From the NCBI GenBank assembly GCA_029907465.1, contig JARYLV010000001.1, forward strand, positions 8,544 through 72,543: a stretch of DNA of 64,000 nt. The letters are read 5' to 3'. The notes below the pieces were generated by a model, which was given only the letters and a program-made list of their open reading frames with translations, did not search any database and was not told the origin of the DNA. The stretch comes from Methanomassiliicoccales archaeon (GTDB lineage Archaea; Thermoplasmatota; Thermoplasmata; Methanomassiliicoccales; JACIVX01). A program made the translations under genes and the position numbers. Below are positions 8,812 through 19,348 of the stretch, piece by piece. How positions within the stretch are numbered: position 1 is the stretch's first letter; each line of letters opens with the position of its first letter.

Positions 8812-9780
8812 TCACTCCTTCAGCTTCTTCGCGACGTCCTTTGCGAAATAGCTCAATATGATATCAGCGCCTGCCCTCTTTATCGCAGTGAGAACTTCCA
8901 TCATTATCCTATCTTTATCGAGCCACCCGTTCGCAGCGGCCGCCATGATCATCGAATACTCGCCACTCACGTTATACGCCGCGATCGGCACATTGAACAT
9001 GATTCTCGCGTCTCTGATCACATCCAGATATGCAAGTGCCGGTTTGACCATCAAGATGTCCGCGCCCTCCGCAAGATCTAGCTCCATTTCTCTGAGGGCT
9101 TCACGCGCGTTCGGGGGATCCATCTGGTGTGACCGTCTGTCCCCGAACTTCGGCGCTGATTCAGCAGCCTCCCTGAATGGGCCATAGAATCCCGATGCGT
9201 ATTTCGCACTATACGACATGATCGGGATGTTCTTGAAGCCAGCATCATCCAGTGCCGTTCTAATCGATGCGACCATACCGTCCATCATTCCGCTCGGTGC
9301 GATCATGTCTGCACCAGCCTCTGCCTGGCTGACTGCGGTCTTCGCGTAGAGGTCAAGTGTTTCGTCATTGAGGATCTCATTATCCCTGACCTTCCCGCAG
9401 TGACCATGTGATGTGTATTCGCAGAGACAGAGATCGGCGACGACGACAACATCACTCGCTTTCTTAATATTCTGGATCGCTTTCTGTGCCACGCCATCTT
9501 TTGCCCACGCGCCGCTACCCTCTTCATCCTTGTGCCTCGGTATCCCAAAAACCATGACCGCCGGGATGCCGAGTTCGTATGCTTCGGCCGCCTGCTCCCC
9601 CGCCATTTTAACGGGATACGCATTCACCCCCGGCATCGATGTGATCGGTTTCGGCTTCGTCAGGTTTTCGTTGAAAAACATCGGATAGATGAAGTTCTTA
9701 ACGGACAATCGCGTCTCTCTCACCATCTCCCTGATCTGCGGGTTCATCCGCAGACGCCTCAGTCTCGTATCAGGAAACAT
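8812..9780 (-). CDS. hemB: Porphobilinogen synthase (ALA dehydratase)
   Basis: TRLRRLR motif after the start, plus ALAD-family sequence. I prefer ATG at 9780 ([11 protein letters not shown]) to the ORF-track start at 9906, which would overlap hemA by more than 130 nt. Confidence 0.92.
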   Translation of the reverse strand: MFPDTRLRRLRMNPQIREMVRETRLSVKNFIYPMFFNENLTKPKPITSMPGVNAYPVKMAGEQAAEAYELGIPAVMVFGIPRHKDEEGSGAWAKDGVAQKAIQNIKKASDVVVVADLCLCEYTSHGHCGKVRDNEILNDETLDLYAKTAVSQAEAGADMIAPSGMMDGMVASIRTALDDAGFKNIPIMSYSAKYASGFYGPFREAAESAPKFGDRRSHQMDPPNAREALREMELDLAEGADILMVKPALAYLDVIRDARIMFNVPIAAYNVSGEYSMIMAAAANGWLDKDRIMMEVLTAIKRAGADIILSYFAKDVAKKLKE

Positions 9781-11035
9781 TTTTACTCTCCTCCAATCTG
9801 AATAATTCGCGCGCGGCCTTAAGAATTTCTGCCCTTTTCTCACGAGAGGCCAATTTAAGCATCTCCGTCGGATCGGCCAAGAACCGATTCGCAAGGGCAT
9901 TTGCAAAATCCGTCACGATCGTTTCGATATCCTCTGGACTGTGATTAAGCCGGTTTATCGCCTTGCGAATCTCCACTTCCTTGATCGCCTCGAATTTCTG
10001 ACGGAGCGCCTTGATAACTTCCGACGCCCCCATTTCTTCCAATTTCTTTTCCAGCAATGAAAGCTCTTCGCCGATGATCCTTTCGGCCTCGAGAACCTCC
10101 TTCTTCCTCCTCATTATGTTTTCCTGTGCAATATCCCTGAGACCATCAATGTCGTGCATCTCCACATTTCTCAACGATCGGACATCATCAGCGACGTTTC
10201 TCGGGAACGAGACATCGATGATGATGAGTTTCTCCCCCTCACCCTTCTTGGCGAGCGCTTTCTCCACTCGGGCGCGATCGAGGATCACGTGCGGAGACGA
10301 AGTCGCGACGAGAACGATGTCGCACCTATGCAGATAGTCATAAAGGCTGTCGAGACGGATCGCCTGGCCACCGAGGTGCCATGCGAGTTCAACAGCCCTG
10401 TCATATGTGCGATTTGAAACGAAGATAGCGTTCGGTTTCTTTCCGATCAGGTGTTTCGCGATCAGTGTCGCCATTTCTCCCGCTCCGATGACGAGAATCG
10501 TCTTACCCTCAAGGCTACCGAGAAGGCGTTCCGCGAGGTCAACAGCAGCCGACCCAATTGAAACCGCCCCTTTGTTAACCCTCGTCTCCGTGCGAACTTT
10601 TTTCCCGACGCTGATCGCCTTCCTGAAGATGAGAGAGAGAACGGGGCCGATACACCCCTCGCTCTCCGCGAGCTCATATGCACGTTTTACTTGAAACTGT
10701 ATCTGATCTTCCCCGACGATCATCGACTCTAGACCACTTGATACTCTAAGCAGATGTCTGATCGATTCAAGATCGGAGCGGAACTGGACGAGATTTTGAT
10801 CGTGGTCAAATGGAATGAACCTGCTGACCATCGCCTCCATTCCATTCCTCGTCACACTCGGCTCATCCGTCACGGCATAGAGCTCGACACGGTTGCATGT
10901 ACGGAGTACCGCGCATTCCTTCACTCCTGGAACCCGGCGGAGATGGTGCAATAACGCTTTCTCATCATGCCGGCCAATGAGTTCAAGGGCCTTCATATCG
11001 ACGGATTTGTGCGTTACATGTGCGCTTATGATCAT
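9770..11035 (-). CDS. hemA: Glutamyl-tRNA reductase
   Basis: Catalytic-Cys motif [10 protein letters not shown] and NADP-binding [11 protein letters not shown] at 11035 ([10 protein letters not shown]) lies 1 nt after the sirC stop. The ORF track start is 11107. Confidence 0.9.
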   Translation of the reverse strand: MIISAHVTHKSVDMKALELIGRHDEKALLHHLRRVPGVKECAVLRTCNRVELYAVTDEPSVTRNGMEAMVSRFIPFDHDQNLVQFRSDLESIRHLLRVSSGLESMIVGEDQIQFQVKRAYELAESEGCIGPVLSLIFRKAISVGKKVRTETRVNKGAVSIGSAAVDLAERLLGSLEGKTILVIGAGEMATLIAKHLIGKKPNAIFVSNRTYDRAVELAWHLGGQAIRLDSLYDYLHRCDIVLVATSSPHVILDRARVEKALAKKGEGEKLIIIDVSFPRNVADDVRSLRNVEMHDIDGLRDIAQENIMRRKKEVLEAERIIGEELSLLEKKLEEMGASEVIKALRQKFEAIKEVEIRKAINRLNHSPEDIETIVTDFANALANRFLADPTEMLKLASREKRAEILKAARELFRLEESKNVS

Positions 11036-11036
11036 T

Positions 11037-11654
11037 TCAACTACCTCTGTCCACTTTCTTGAGTGCCCGTCTCTTCGCTGATTGATAATCCTCGCCAAGC
11101 ATCGCAAGAATCTCCTTGTCCTGGACCACTGATCGCAAAAACGCTTCCCTCAGCCTTTGATCGGGGATCTTTTCTTTGATTTCCTTTCGCAATTCTTCCT
11201 GCAGCTCCACCATTAATGACCAGTTTGCATCAATGAGCTTATCGATCTCTTCCTTGAGAACCTTTGAAACAGCTGGACTGCGACCTAACGTGGAGATTGC
11301 GACAACAAAATTGCCCCGATCGATGACGGAGGGTATTAAAAAAGACCCGATGCCGTCAGCCCTATTGAATTGTTTACCCATGGAAATGGCACAGGCGCAA
11401 ATCATATCGTTGAGGAAGAAATCATCAGTCGCTGCGACTACAAAATCCGCCCATGCGACCCAACGTTCAAATGAGGTTCGAATGTCCTCTTTGACAAATT
11501 CCAGGCCTTCGTCTTTCGAGCCCATGGGGATCTCGAGACTGACTACGACGACCTCAGCCTCCCTTGCGAAGTACCTTGCCTTGCGGAGTCCGACTTCACC
11601 CCCACCAAAGACCACAACCCTTTTCCCGGTAAGATCGATCATGAGAGGAAGCAT
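11037..11654 (-). CDS. sirC: Precorrin-2 dehydrogenase (SirC / CysG N-terminal domain type)
   Basis: MLPLMIDLTGKRVVVFGGGEVGLRK Rossmann N-terminus typical of siroheme synthase N-domain proteins. It is the first gene of the hem operon. An alternative GTG start lies at 11663. Confidence 0.8.
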   Translation of the reverse strand: MLPLMIDLTGKRVVVFGGGEVGLRKARYFAREAEVVVVSLEIPMGSKDEGLEFVKEDIRTSFERWVAWADFVVAATDDFFLNDMICACAISMGKQFNRADGIGSFLIPSVIDRGNFVVAISTLGRSPAVSKVLKEEIDKLIDANWSLMVELQEELRKEIKEKIPDQRLREAFLRSVVQDKEILAMLGEDYQSAKRRALKKVDRGS

Positions 11655-12081
11655 CGGCACCACTCTAATGGCAAGGAGAGTTTTTACTCCATATGCACCC
11701 GAAGCATTCTGATATGAGATAATAACCTTTTCTCACGGCGAGTAGATATTTTCAATTTAATTCGCATGATTAGGCCTGGTAGGTTTTCATCTGACCAGCG
11801 CGTATTCTAAAGCGGAAGGCCACACCAGAATTCTTGTCGCATAGAGTGAAAGTCAGGTGTGTTCGAAAAGAATTTATCACTTGCGTGTACGAACGACATA
11901 ATGAATTGGGAGATCTCGACCACTTGTATGAAATCATGACCAATGGATACCTGCCAGTGTGATCATTTAATCGATTTAAGATTCTTCAGAGCGGGCCGAT
12001 TAAATGGAAGTTATTTTATTATGGCAGTGATTAATCCGGAATGAATTATCAAAGAAAAATGTGAGAAGTGAGGATGACTTT

Positions 12082-12483
12082 ATGGATAAAAGAGGGATAC
12101 TCGTCGTAGGACACGGAAGTAAGCTTGACTACAATAAGAACGTCGTCAGTCATTATGCTGCTAAACTCGGAGAACGGCTCAAGGAATTCTCGGTCGCCGT
12201 CGGTTTCATGAACATTAATCGACCGACGATCAAAGAAGGATTGGATCAATTGCTCACAGAGGGCATTGACACGGTTTGTGTAGTCCCATGTTTCCTCGCG
12301 CATGGGATCCACACAAGGGACGACATCACATCTGAGCTCGGGATCCCCCAAGGAAGCAAAGGGGGGGTCGTGGAAATCAATGGAAAGAAGATCACCATTA
12401 AGTATTGTGAGCCAATCGGATTCGATGATCGTATTGTCGATATTCTCGAGGAGCGAGTAAGGGAGAGGCTTGGGAAGGAGTAG
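12082..12483 (+). CDS. cfbA: Sirohydrochlorin nickelochelatase/cobaltochelatase, small CbiX type (CfbA)
   Basis: ILVVGHGSKL ... VVPCFLAHGIHT, the CbiX(S) hallmarks. ATG 12082 is preceded by GTGAGGA. The ORF track starts at GTG 12061. Confidence 0.85.
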   Translation: MDKRGILVVGHGSKLDYNKNVVSHYAAKLGERLKEFSVAVGFMNINRPTIKEGLDQLLTEGIDTVCVVPCFLAHGIHTRDDITSELGIPQGSKGGVVEINGKKITIKYCEPIGFDDRIVDILEERVRERLGKE

Positions 12484-12485
12484 TT

Positions 12486-13787
12486 GTGAAGGTCCTCGTA
12501 ATGGACGCGACGCACGGTGGCTTGACCCTCGCCTTGGAGTACCGGCAGAGGGGTGCGGAGGTCACGCTGGTTGATTGCTACCGAACTGGTGGAGAAGAAC
12601 TTAAAAGGGAGGCCGCCAGTGCTGGTATTTGTCTCGAAAACAAGGCACCAGCGGATTTTTTCGACATTGTGGTCGCGCCCGTCCACTGCCCTGATCGGTT
12701 TCTCGACGGAGTAAGATGGGGGAAAAAGATCACGACGCACAGGGCCGTTGGTGAGCTCTGCGCCTTCGATGCAAAGATTATTGAGATAACTGGTACAAAG
12801 GGGAAGACTTCAACAGCCCACCTAGTCGCCGGTCTTCTCAGCGCCAAAGGGAATCGCGTCTTGCTATTGAGTAGCGGCGGGCTCGTCCTGTATGACGGTG
12901 AGAAGAAGAAGACGATTAAGGAGAAGGTGAGCATCGCACCTACTTCGATCCTGGAGATTGCGAGGATGGGGGTCGAGTTTGACATCGGCGTTTTCGAGGT
13001 CTCCTTGGGCGGGACGGGACTCGCAGACATCGGCGTCATTACAACGATAGGTGACGATTATCCAATTGCACAAGGAACGAGAAGGGCATTTGACGGAAAG
13101 GTGCAAATGGCCCAGACGGTGAAGAGGACGCTCGTTATCAGGGAGGATGAGAGAAGCCTCTGGACCCCTCACGTGGGAAAAGACATCAGGGTTTTAACAT
13201 TCGGTAACGGCGGGGACGTCGATGTAGAAATTGGTCAGGGGTTGCGACTTGGGGATAGGGCTGAAATAAAGATAGTCCTAAAGGGCGGAGATTATGCAAC
13301 AGTCGGTCTTTCCGGGAACTTTGTCGTGCCAGCATATCTTCCAGCTTTTTCAGCTGCGGCCACAGTTGCCGTTGACCTCGGCTTTAGTCTCAAGGAGATT
13401 ACAGAATCTCTCGCTGTTTTCGAGGGAGTGCCTGGGAGGGGAGAAATCAGAAAGGAAGGCGCTTTATGGGTTATTCGTGACAGGAATCCTGGCGTCAGCG
13501 CTAACTCCGTGCGCTTCCTTATCGAGTGTTTGAAGGGTTATTACCAATTGAAGAGAATTGCTGTTGTCGTCGAACCGGTCTCCAAGAGGGTCTGTGAGAA
13601 GCTTGACCTCAGGGCACTTGAAAAAGTTATTATTGACCATAGGGATTGTATCAGCGATGCGTGCTTGCTGGGCGACTCCTATGATGACATGTTGCATGGA
13701 GATGTGTTCCGTGTGATCGGGAGTATCGCTGAAGTTGGCAAAGACTCCGAGGTGGTTCTCTGGTGCACCAAGGAGGGGTTCAGATGA
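12486..13787 (+). CDS. cfbE: Coenzyme F430 synthetase (Mur-ligase family, CfbE)
   Basis: Mur-ligase P-loop ITGTKGKTSTAH. It sits between cfbA and cfbD with 2-nt and ATGA junctions. Confidence 0.8.
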   Translation: MKVLVMDATHGGLTLALEYRQRGAEVTLVDCYRTGGEELKREAASAGICLENKAPADFFDIVVAPVHCPDRFLDGVRWGKKITTHRAVGELCAFDAKIIEITGTKGKTSTAHLVAGLLSAKGNRVLLLSSGGLVLYDGEKKKTIKEKVSIAPTSILEIARMGVEFDIGVFEVSLGGTGLADIGVITTIGDDYPIAQGTRRAFDGKVQMAQTVKRTLVIREDERSLWTPHVGKDIRVLTFGNGGDVDVEIGQGLRLGDRAEIKIVLKGGDYATVGLSGNFVVPAYLPAFSAAATVAVDLGFSLKEITESLAVFEGVPGRGEIRKEGALWVIRDRNPGVSANSVRFLIECLKGYYQLKRIAVVVEPVSKRVCEKLDLRALEKVIIDHRDCISDACLLGDSYDDMLHGDVFRVIGSIAEVGKDSEVVLWCTKEGFR

Positions 13788-14869
13788 CTGATGTACTCCA
13801 TCCGAGGCCAAGTCCGATCATCGCTGCGATGTACACCCTTAGGGATTTAGATGTCGATGTCATCGTCATGCACGGCCCTCCAGGCTGTGGCTTCACAGCG
13901 TCCCGGCTGCTTGAGGAAGCTGGTGTCACCGTTGTAACGACAGGTATGCAGGAGAACGACCTTATTTTCGGTGCTGAACAACGGCTTGTGGAGGTTCTCA
14001 AGAAAGTGGATGAGGAGTTCTCACCGAAACTAGTCGGCGTCGTCGGAACCTGCGCGAGTATGATCATCGGCGAGAACCTCGATGCGGCGATCAAGAAGGC
14101 AGGGATTCGCTCGACCGTCCTCCCGATCGATATCCATGCGTGCGCTGGACCTAATACAGTGGGAGCGATCAAGGTTCTTGAGGTAGCGGCGAGCAAGGGG
14201 ATCATCCCGAATGAGGAGTTTGAACGCCAGAAGGAAATGCTTATGCGTGCAACCGCGCTAGAAAGAGAGAGGGGGATGACGAGTAAGCCTTACCTTAAAC
14301 CCCACCGTGGTGCAACGAAGTTGAAAGTTGCAAAGAGGATTATTGAATACCTCTCCCAAAACAAAAGGATCGCCGTGGTCCTCAACGCCAAAAAGGAGAC
14401 GGCATATAGATTCGCCGATGTGATGCGCGCGATTGAATACGCGAGAAGGAGGATCGGAGGGTATGTGGTTTACGTTGCAAATACAGATCCGAACATCGGT
14501 CTCCCCCGCATCAGAAGGTATTCAATGGACATCCTCAGAGACCTGAGAGAAGCTGGTGTCACGGTCGATTACTTGAGCGGTGGGCTTGACGAATACCCCG
14601 TTGCTGGGGAGAGGGCTGCAAAATATCTCGAAGACAAAGGGATAGACCTCCGTGTTCTGTGCGGATTGCCGCATGCTATCCCAGACCTCAGGGTGGAGGA
14701 CATTCTCGTGACCGATCAGCCGAGGGAGCTGAGGAATTTCATTGACTCTGGTTTCACCTTTGCGGTCGGGGAAATCTCGACGCACTCGATGCTCATGGGG
14801 GCTAGGGGGATAGTCAATAGCGAGCTCGGGGACACGATCAGGGAGCTCGTTGACGAGGTGCAGACATGA
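13784..14869 (+). CDS. cfbD: Ni-sirohydrochlorin a,c-diamide reductive cyclase, NifD/BchN-like subunit (CfbD)
   Basis: Nitrogenase component-1-like (VIVMHGPPGCG). ATG 13784 overlaps the cfbE stop (ATGA) and follows AAGGAGGGG. Confidence 0.8.
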   Translation: MTDVLHPRPSPIIAAMYTLRDLDVDVIVMHGPPGCGFTASRLLEEAGVTVVTTGMQENDLIFGAEQRLVEVLKKVDEEFSPKLVGVVGTCASMIIGENLDAAIKKAGIRSTVLPIDIHACAGPNTVGAIKVLEVAASKGIIPNEEFERQKEMLMRATALERERGMTSKPYLKPHRGATKLKVAKRIIEYLSQNKRIAVVLNAKKETAYRFADVMRAIEYARRRIGGYVVYVANTDPNIGLPRIRRYSMDILRDLREAGVTVDYLSGGLDEYPVAGERAAKYLEDKGIDLRVLCGLPHAIPDLRVEDILVTDQPRELRNFIDSGFTFAVGEISTHSMLMGARGIVNSELGDTIRELVDEVQT

Positions 14870-15654
14870 AACAGATCGCCATCTATGGTAAAGGTGGCAT
14901 CGGTAAATCGACTATATCGGCAAACGTAGCCGCCGCCCTCGGTGAAAGAGGACTCAACACTTGGTACATAGGATGTGATCCGAAAGCCGATGGGAGCATG
15001 ACGCTCCTCGGCGGTCGCAAGATTGAGACTTTTTTGGAGAGACTGAGATCGTCACCCGGCGAAAACCGTCCAGCTTACGTGGAAGGTTTCAACGGTGTCA
15101 AATGCATAGAGACGGGTGGGCCGATCGCTGGCGTGGGATGTGCTGGTCGGGGGATCATCGTCGCTGTGCAAGAACTTTACAAGCGCTATTTCGCGGACAA
15201 CATCGATGTCATCATCTACGATGTCCCAGGCGACGTCGTCTGTGGCGGTTTTGCCGCGCCGCTTCGCGAGAAATTTGCAAACGAGGTCTACATCGTCACA
15301 AGCGGCGAATACCTCTCCCTATACGCCGCGAACAATATTGTCAGAGGGCTTGAGAACCTGAGGGTCAACCTGGGTGGTCTTATTTGCAATTCAAGAGAAA
15401 TCAGAAATGAAGAAAGAATTGTAAGCGAATTCGCAAGGAAGATCGGAAGCCACATGATCAGCTTCATTCCACGAGACCCTATAGTGAGGGAATGTGAAAA
15501 CAGGGGAAAGACCGTCATCGAGGGCGCACCGGAGAGTTCGCAAGCTAGTGCTTATCGTAGACTAGCTGACGCGATATTGAAAAATTCAGATCTCAGGATA
15601 CCGAAACCCATCGACCCGGAGGAGATCCGGGCTTTGCTGAGGGAGAATGAATAA
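14866..15654 (+). CDS. cfbC: Ni-sirohydrochlorin a,c-diamide reductive cyclase, NifH-like ATPase subunit (CfbC)
   Basis: [17 protein letters not shown]-loop and cluster-ligand cysteines ([15 protein letters not shown]), as in NifH/BchL. Confidence 0.88.
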   Translation: MKQIAIYGKGGIGKSTISANVAAALGERGLNTWYIGCDPKADGSMTLLGGRKIETFLERLRSSPGENRPAYVEGFNGVKCIETGGPIAGVGCAGRGIIVAVQELYKRYFADNIDVIIYDVPGDVVCGGFAAPLREKFANEVYIVTSGEYLSLYAANNIVRGLENLRVNLGGLICNSREIRNEERIVSEFARKIGSHMISFIPRDPIVRECENRGKTVIEGAPESSQASAYRRLADAILKNSDLRIPKPIDPEEIRALLRENE

Positions 15655-17009
15655 TGGGCATCAGGCGGGTCGTCATCGCCGGTGCGGGGAGCGGCGTAGG
15701 AAAAACAACGGTTGCTACTGGTCTAATGGCGCTTCTTTCGAAAAGATTCAAGGTTCAAGGATTCAAGGTTGGCCCCGACTTCATCGATCCTGCGTACCAC
15801 ACTGCGGCAACTGGCCGTCCGTCAAGAAACCTCGATTCATTTATGCTCCATCGCGATACAATCCTCAATATTTTCGGCTGGTCGACGAGAGACGCGGATA
15901 TTGCGATCATCGAGGGTGTCAGGGGGCTTTACGACGGACTCACTTCGACTGGCGATGTCGGGAGCACTGCTGAGATCGCAAAGATTCTTGGTGCCCCTGT
16001 TGTCCTCGTTGTCAACGCAAGAAGCCTTGCAAAGAGCGCTGCTGCACACGTACTCGGCTTCAAGATGCTCGACGAGTCAGTCAGGATCGAGGGGGTGATC
16101 CTCAACCAAGTGAGCGGTGAAAGGCACAGGAAAAAGGCGACCGAAGCCGTCGAATCGTTGACGAAAACAGAGGTCATCGGTGCGATCGAAAGGAGGAAGG
16201 AGCGTCTACCTGAAAGACACCTTGGGCTCGTGACAATGCCAGAGAAGAAAGACGCCAAGGCGACGGTAGAAATGACGGCCGATATCGCATCGGAGATAGA
16301 CCTGGAACGGTTGATAGACATCTCAGAAAGGGTCGAACCGATCGATTTCCCAGCGGAATTTCCTTTTAGAAAGGGGGAGAATAAGGGAATAAGAATCGCT
16401 ATCCCAGTCGATAAGGCCTACTCATTTTACTATCCAGAGAATATCGAATCGATCGAGGCAGCTGGTGCTAGAGTTATCAAATTCAAACCAGCGGAAGGCG
16501 ATGCCTTTCCTGTCGCTGATGGATATTATATCGGCGGGGGATATCCAGAAATCTTTGCTGAGGAGATTAGCTCAAATCAGGATTTCATAGAGGGATTGAG
16601 GTCTGCGGCGTTGGAGGGCAAACTAGTTTACGGGGAATGCGGAGGGCTTATGACCTTCTGCAGGTCAGTCTCCTATGAAGGAAAAAAATGGCCTATGGCT
16701 GGGATCTTCGACTGCGACACTGAGATGACAACGGAGCGCCAGGGACTTGCTTATGTCAGTGCCATTGGAACAGAACATAATTTTCTTTTCAAAGGTATGA
16801 AGATCCGGGGCCATGAGTTTCATTATTCCCGCGTATTGCCAGTTCCATTTGGGCCATATGCATATGTGATTGAACGTGGCGTTGGCATCGACGGAAGGAA
16901 CGACGGCCTTATCAGAAACAGGACGATCGGCGCATATCTGCACCAGCACGCCCTTTCGAATAAGGAATGGGGCACTAGGATCGTGCAAGAGGCGGGTCGA
17001 CTGCCCTAG
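15654..17009 (+). CDS. cfbB: Ni-sirohydrochlorin a,c-diamide synthase (CbiA/CobB family, CfbB)
   Basis: N-terminal [10 protein letters not shown] ATPase domain and C-terminal glutamine amidotransferase domain (GECGGLM). The start shares one nt with the cfbC stop (TAATG). Confidence 0.85.
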   Translation: MGIRRVVIAGAGSGVGKTTVATGLMALLSKRFKVQGFKVGPDFIDPAYHTAATGRPSRNLDSFMLHRDTILNIFGWSTRDADIAIIEGVRGLYDGLTSTGDVGSTAEIAKILGAPVVLVVNARSLAKSAAAHVLGFKMLDESVRIEGVILNQVSGERHRKKATEAVESLTKTEVIGAIERRKERLPERHLGLVTMPEKKDAKATVEMTADIASEIDLERLIDISERVEPIDFPAEFPFRKGENKGIRIAIPVDKAYSFYYPENIESIEAAGARVIKFKPAEGDAFPVADGYYIGGGYPEIFAEEISSNQDFIEGLRSAALEGKLVYGECGGLMTFCRSVSYEGKKWPMAGIFDCDTEMTTERQGLAYVSAIGTEHNFLFKGMKIRGHEFHYSRVLPVPFGPYAYVIERGVGIDGRNDGLIRNRTIGAYLHQHALSNKEWGTRIVQEAGRLP

Positions 17010-17217
17010 CGATTCTTTGTCTTCCGCGATAAAGGGGGATGAAGGGACCTCTTAACCATTCCCCAATACATATCCATTCGAACACCTTAATGTCCCCAAG
17101 AGGGATATTACTTGTTGGTCCCCGAGAGTTCGTTCGATGCTTGTCCGAACGAGTTCGAGCCTTGAACCAAAAACCTCTTCAAATAATCATTTTGTGCAAC
17201 AATTAGGTGATTGCAAA

Positions 17218-18477
17218 ATGAAAAAGAAAATCATCGGCATCGTCATGTCGCCGTTGCTCGTTGCCCTGCTGCTCACAATGGTGGCCATATCCAGTTCAGT
17301 ACAAGCAGTAGGGATGGGTCAGACGGCCCAGACAAATTTCTGCGGGGACAGCGACCAGAACTGCCTAGGGTTCCAGAGCGGCAAGCAGATGACACAAGAG
17401 CAGATGAGAGAAAGAATCATGGAAATGTGCCAGATTGGATTACAGCGAAGGTTGTTCGGTCCGGTTGAATACGACAATGGTACCGTCACTGGATTCTTCA
17501 TTGCATTCAATTTCGACGAATCGACCGGAACAATAACCAACTATTCCGTCAGAGAGGGGGATGAAATGCTAAGAGTCTTTGAGAACATCGAGATCAGCGA
17601 CTTCACATCCGAAAACGTCAAGGTCATAGGCTCGATTTTCGTGGCTTCTGACGAAACACACCGCGTCATCGCTCACAACAATCCGACGGCCCTCCTCCAC
17701 ATCATGGCAAAGGGCCCGGCCGAGATAAGCATCACGATCCCAGAAGATTTTGAAATCCAGCAGGTCAGTTCCAATAACACCTGCCTTGATGTGGTATACA
17801 GGATCACAAAGGACAACTTCGTCGGCGCGATAGGGGTTTCAAACGGAACTGCGAGCCTCGTAGAAAATGGAGAGGGGACATACCTCAACGTTTCTGGCAA
17901 CGACACGCATCTCTTTTTCAGGATGAGGCCTTACTTCCATGGAACAGGTCTAGGCATGCAATCGCAGCTCATGAACGCTGTTGTGGGGGGGCGCATTTGC
18001 GCGGAAATCAGAGTCATGGTGCACAACGGTGATACGATCTACGACGCCCAAGTCTATGATCACCGCTACACATTCAGGATTGTCTCGGCGGCGCAGAACA
18101 GGGTGACCGTGCAAGTCGCATCGGAACAACACGAAGGTCGCCTCTTCCTCTTCATGCTGGACAACGACACAATCAGTGTATCCAACCAGCTCCGTGTTAA
18201 GCTCGATGGTAGCGATGTGGCAAAAGCAAACGATATGGACGAGATCCTCAACGCAACTGGTACATCGACTTCCGACGCTAGATACTATGGATTCGAGATC
18301 GACGGGCTTCAGTACGTCCTCGTCTATGTGCCTCACTTCTCGGAGCATACTATTGAGATCTCGAGTCTTGCCACTTCCGCAGGAATTCCAGTGACCTGGA
18401 TCGCTGTTGCAGTAATAGGAATCGGAGCTGTCGTCACCGCTGCGGCTGTTCTTGCGAAAGGCGGCAGGAAGCAGTAA
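17218..18477 (+). CDS. Secreted or membrane-anchored surface protein, unknown function
   Basis: ATG 17218 follows AGGTGA. It has a signal-like N-terminus (MKKKIIGIVMSPLLVALLLTMVAISSSVQA), many NxS/T sequons and a C-terminal TM plus basic tail (KGGRKQ). The ORF track start is 17137. Confidence 0.6.
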   Translation: MKKKIIGIVMSPLLVALLLTMVAISSSVQAVGMGQTAQTNFCGDSDQNCLGFQSGKQMTQEQMRERIMEMCQIGLQRRLFGPVEYDNGTVTGFFIAFNFDESTGTITNYSVREGDEMLRVFENIEISDFTSENVKVIGSIFVASDETHRVIAHNNPTALLHIMAKGPAEISITIPEDFEIQQVSSNNTCLDVVYRITKDNFVGAIGVSNGTASLVENGEGTYLNVSGNDTHLFFRMRPYFHGTGLGMQSQLMNAVVGGRICAEIRVMVHNGDTIYDAQVYDHRYTFRIVSAAQNRVTVQVASEQHEGRLFLFMLDNDTISVSNQLRVKLDGSDVAKANDMDEILNATGTSTSDARYYGFEIDGLQYVLVYVPHFSEHTIEISSLATSAGIPVTWIAVAVIGIGAVVTAAAVLAKGGRKQ

Positions 18478-18519
18478 GCTTGTTAGTCAGGCTTTCTCAA
18501 CCTTTTCATTCTTCTTTTT

Positions 18520-19224
18520 TCAAATCTTGCGCAAAATGACTTCGTAGAGTTTTTTTGTGTAAGTAGGTGAGGGGTCATCAAACTCGCTGATATGACAGAT
18601 CTCATACCCGCGAGCGAGTCGCTTGACCTTTTCCAATGAGAAGAAATGTACGACGAATTTCTGAGGACTTTCCCACATGTCCTCACCCCTGTGGATACCT
18701 TTCCCGTAGTGGGGGTCGTGAATGTTTCTCACGGAATAGATATTGAACGCACCAGGTCTCATCACCCGGAGACATTCCTGGAAAATAAAATCGAGCTCCT
18801 TCTCCGTCAGTTGCATCGTAAAAAACATGTGTGAAAAGATGCCGTCGACACTCGCATCAGTCAGCGGGATACCATCGCGGGCGTCGTGGACCATTGCGGT
18901 AAGCGATTCGCTCAACTGGTTGGCCTTCGCCTTCTGCACGAGATGTTCAATTGCAATAGGGGAATAATCCAGTGCGATGACCTCGAAGCCTTCCTTCAAG
19001 AACATGATCGTATCCCTACCTTCCCCACAGCCGAGTTCGATAATCCTCCTGGCCTTATTCTCCTTAAAAAAGCTCAACGCCCTCCTCGCGAATTCACTCG
19101 GCGTTTCCCCAAAATAATCTGGTTTCGTTTTGTACACGGTGTCCCAGTGCTCCTTCTGCGGATCAAACACTTTTCTTGACACATCGACAGGAATTGCGTT
19201 GCACCTTTTATTAATTCCGTGCAT
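18520..19224 (-). CDS. Class I SAM-dependent methyltransferase
   Basis: Motif I IIELGCGEGRD followed by an acidic loop (VIALDYS). The substrate cannot be told from the sequence. Confidence 0.75.
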   Translation of the reverse strand: MHGINKRCNAIPVDVSRKVFDPQKEHWDTVYKTKPDYFGETPSEFARRALSFFKENKARRIIELGCGEGRDTIMFLKEGFEVIALDYSPIAIEHLVQKAKANQLSESLTAMVHDARDGIPLTDASVDGIFSHMFFTMQLTEKELDFIFQECLRVMRPGAFNIYSVRNIHDPHYGKGIHRGEDMWESPQKFVVHFFSLEKVKRLARGYEICHISEFDDPSPTYTKKLYEVILRKI

Positions 19225-19348
19225 TGGTCAATTGACATCCGGGGTTCAAACGCAGACTGACGATCCCATCCCCGCAATGAAATCCTCAGTTCCTCGATAA
19301 ATGCATAGCCTTTTACGCTGAGATATTTTTCTCCCTCCTAGTGTCTCT

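Noticed and set aside
11926-11950. A possible E. coli-type NikR box (GTATGA-N16-TCATAC) between the hem and cfb operons.
   Set aside because: Only one half-site matches. The second is GGATAC and the spacer is 13 nt, so it cannot be called a NikR site. It is mentioned only as an imperfect repeat in the control-region finding.
12481-12483. Whether the TAG stops of cfbA (12481-12483) and cfbB (17007-17009) might be pyrrolysine read-through codons, as in some methanogens.
   Set aside because: Read-through would add only 1 and 10 residues respectively before the next stop and gain no conserved sequence. No methylamine methyltransferase or pyl genes are in the window.
18520-19224. The idea that the SAM methyltransferase near the cfb operon modifies F430 (methylated or methylthio-F430 variants exist in some archaea).
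   Set aside because: It is on the opposite strand and separated from cfbB by an unrelated surface-protein gene. It is a generic class I methyltransferase, and nothing in the sequence ties it to tetrapyrroles.
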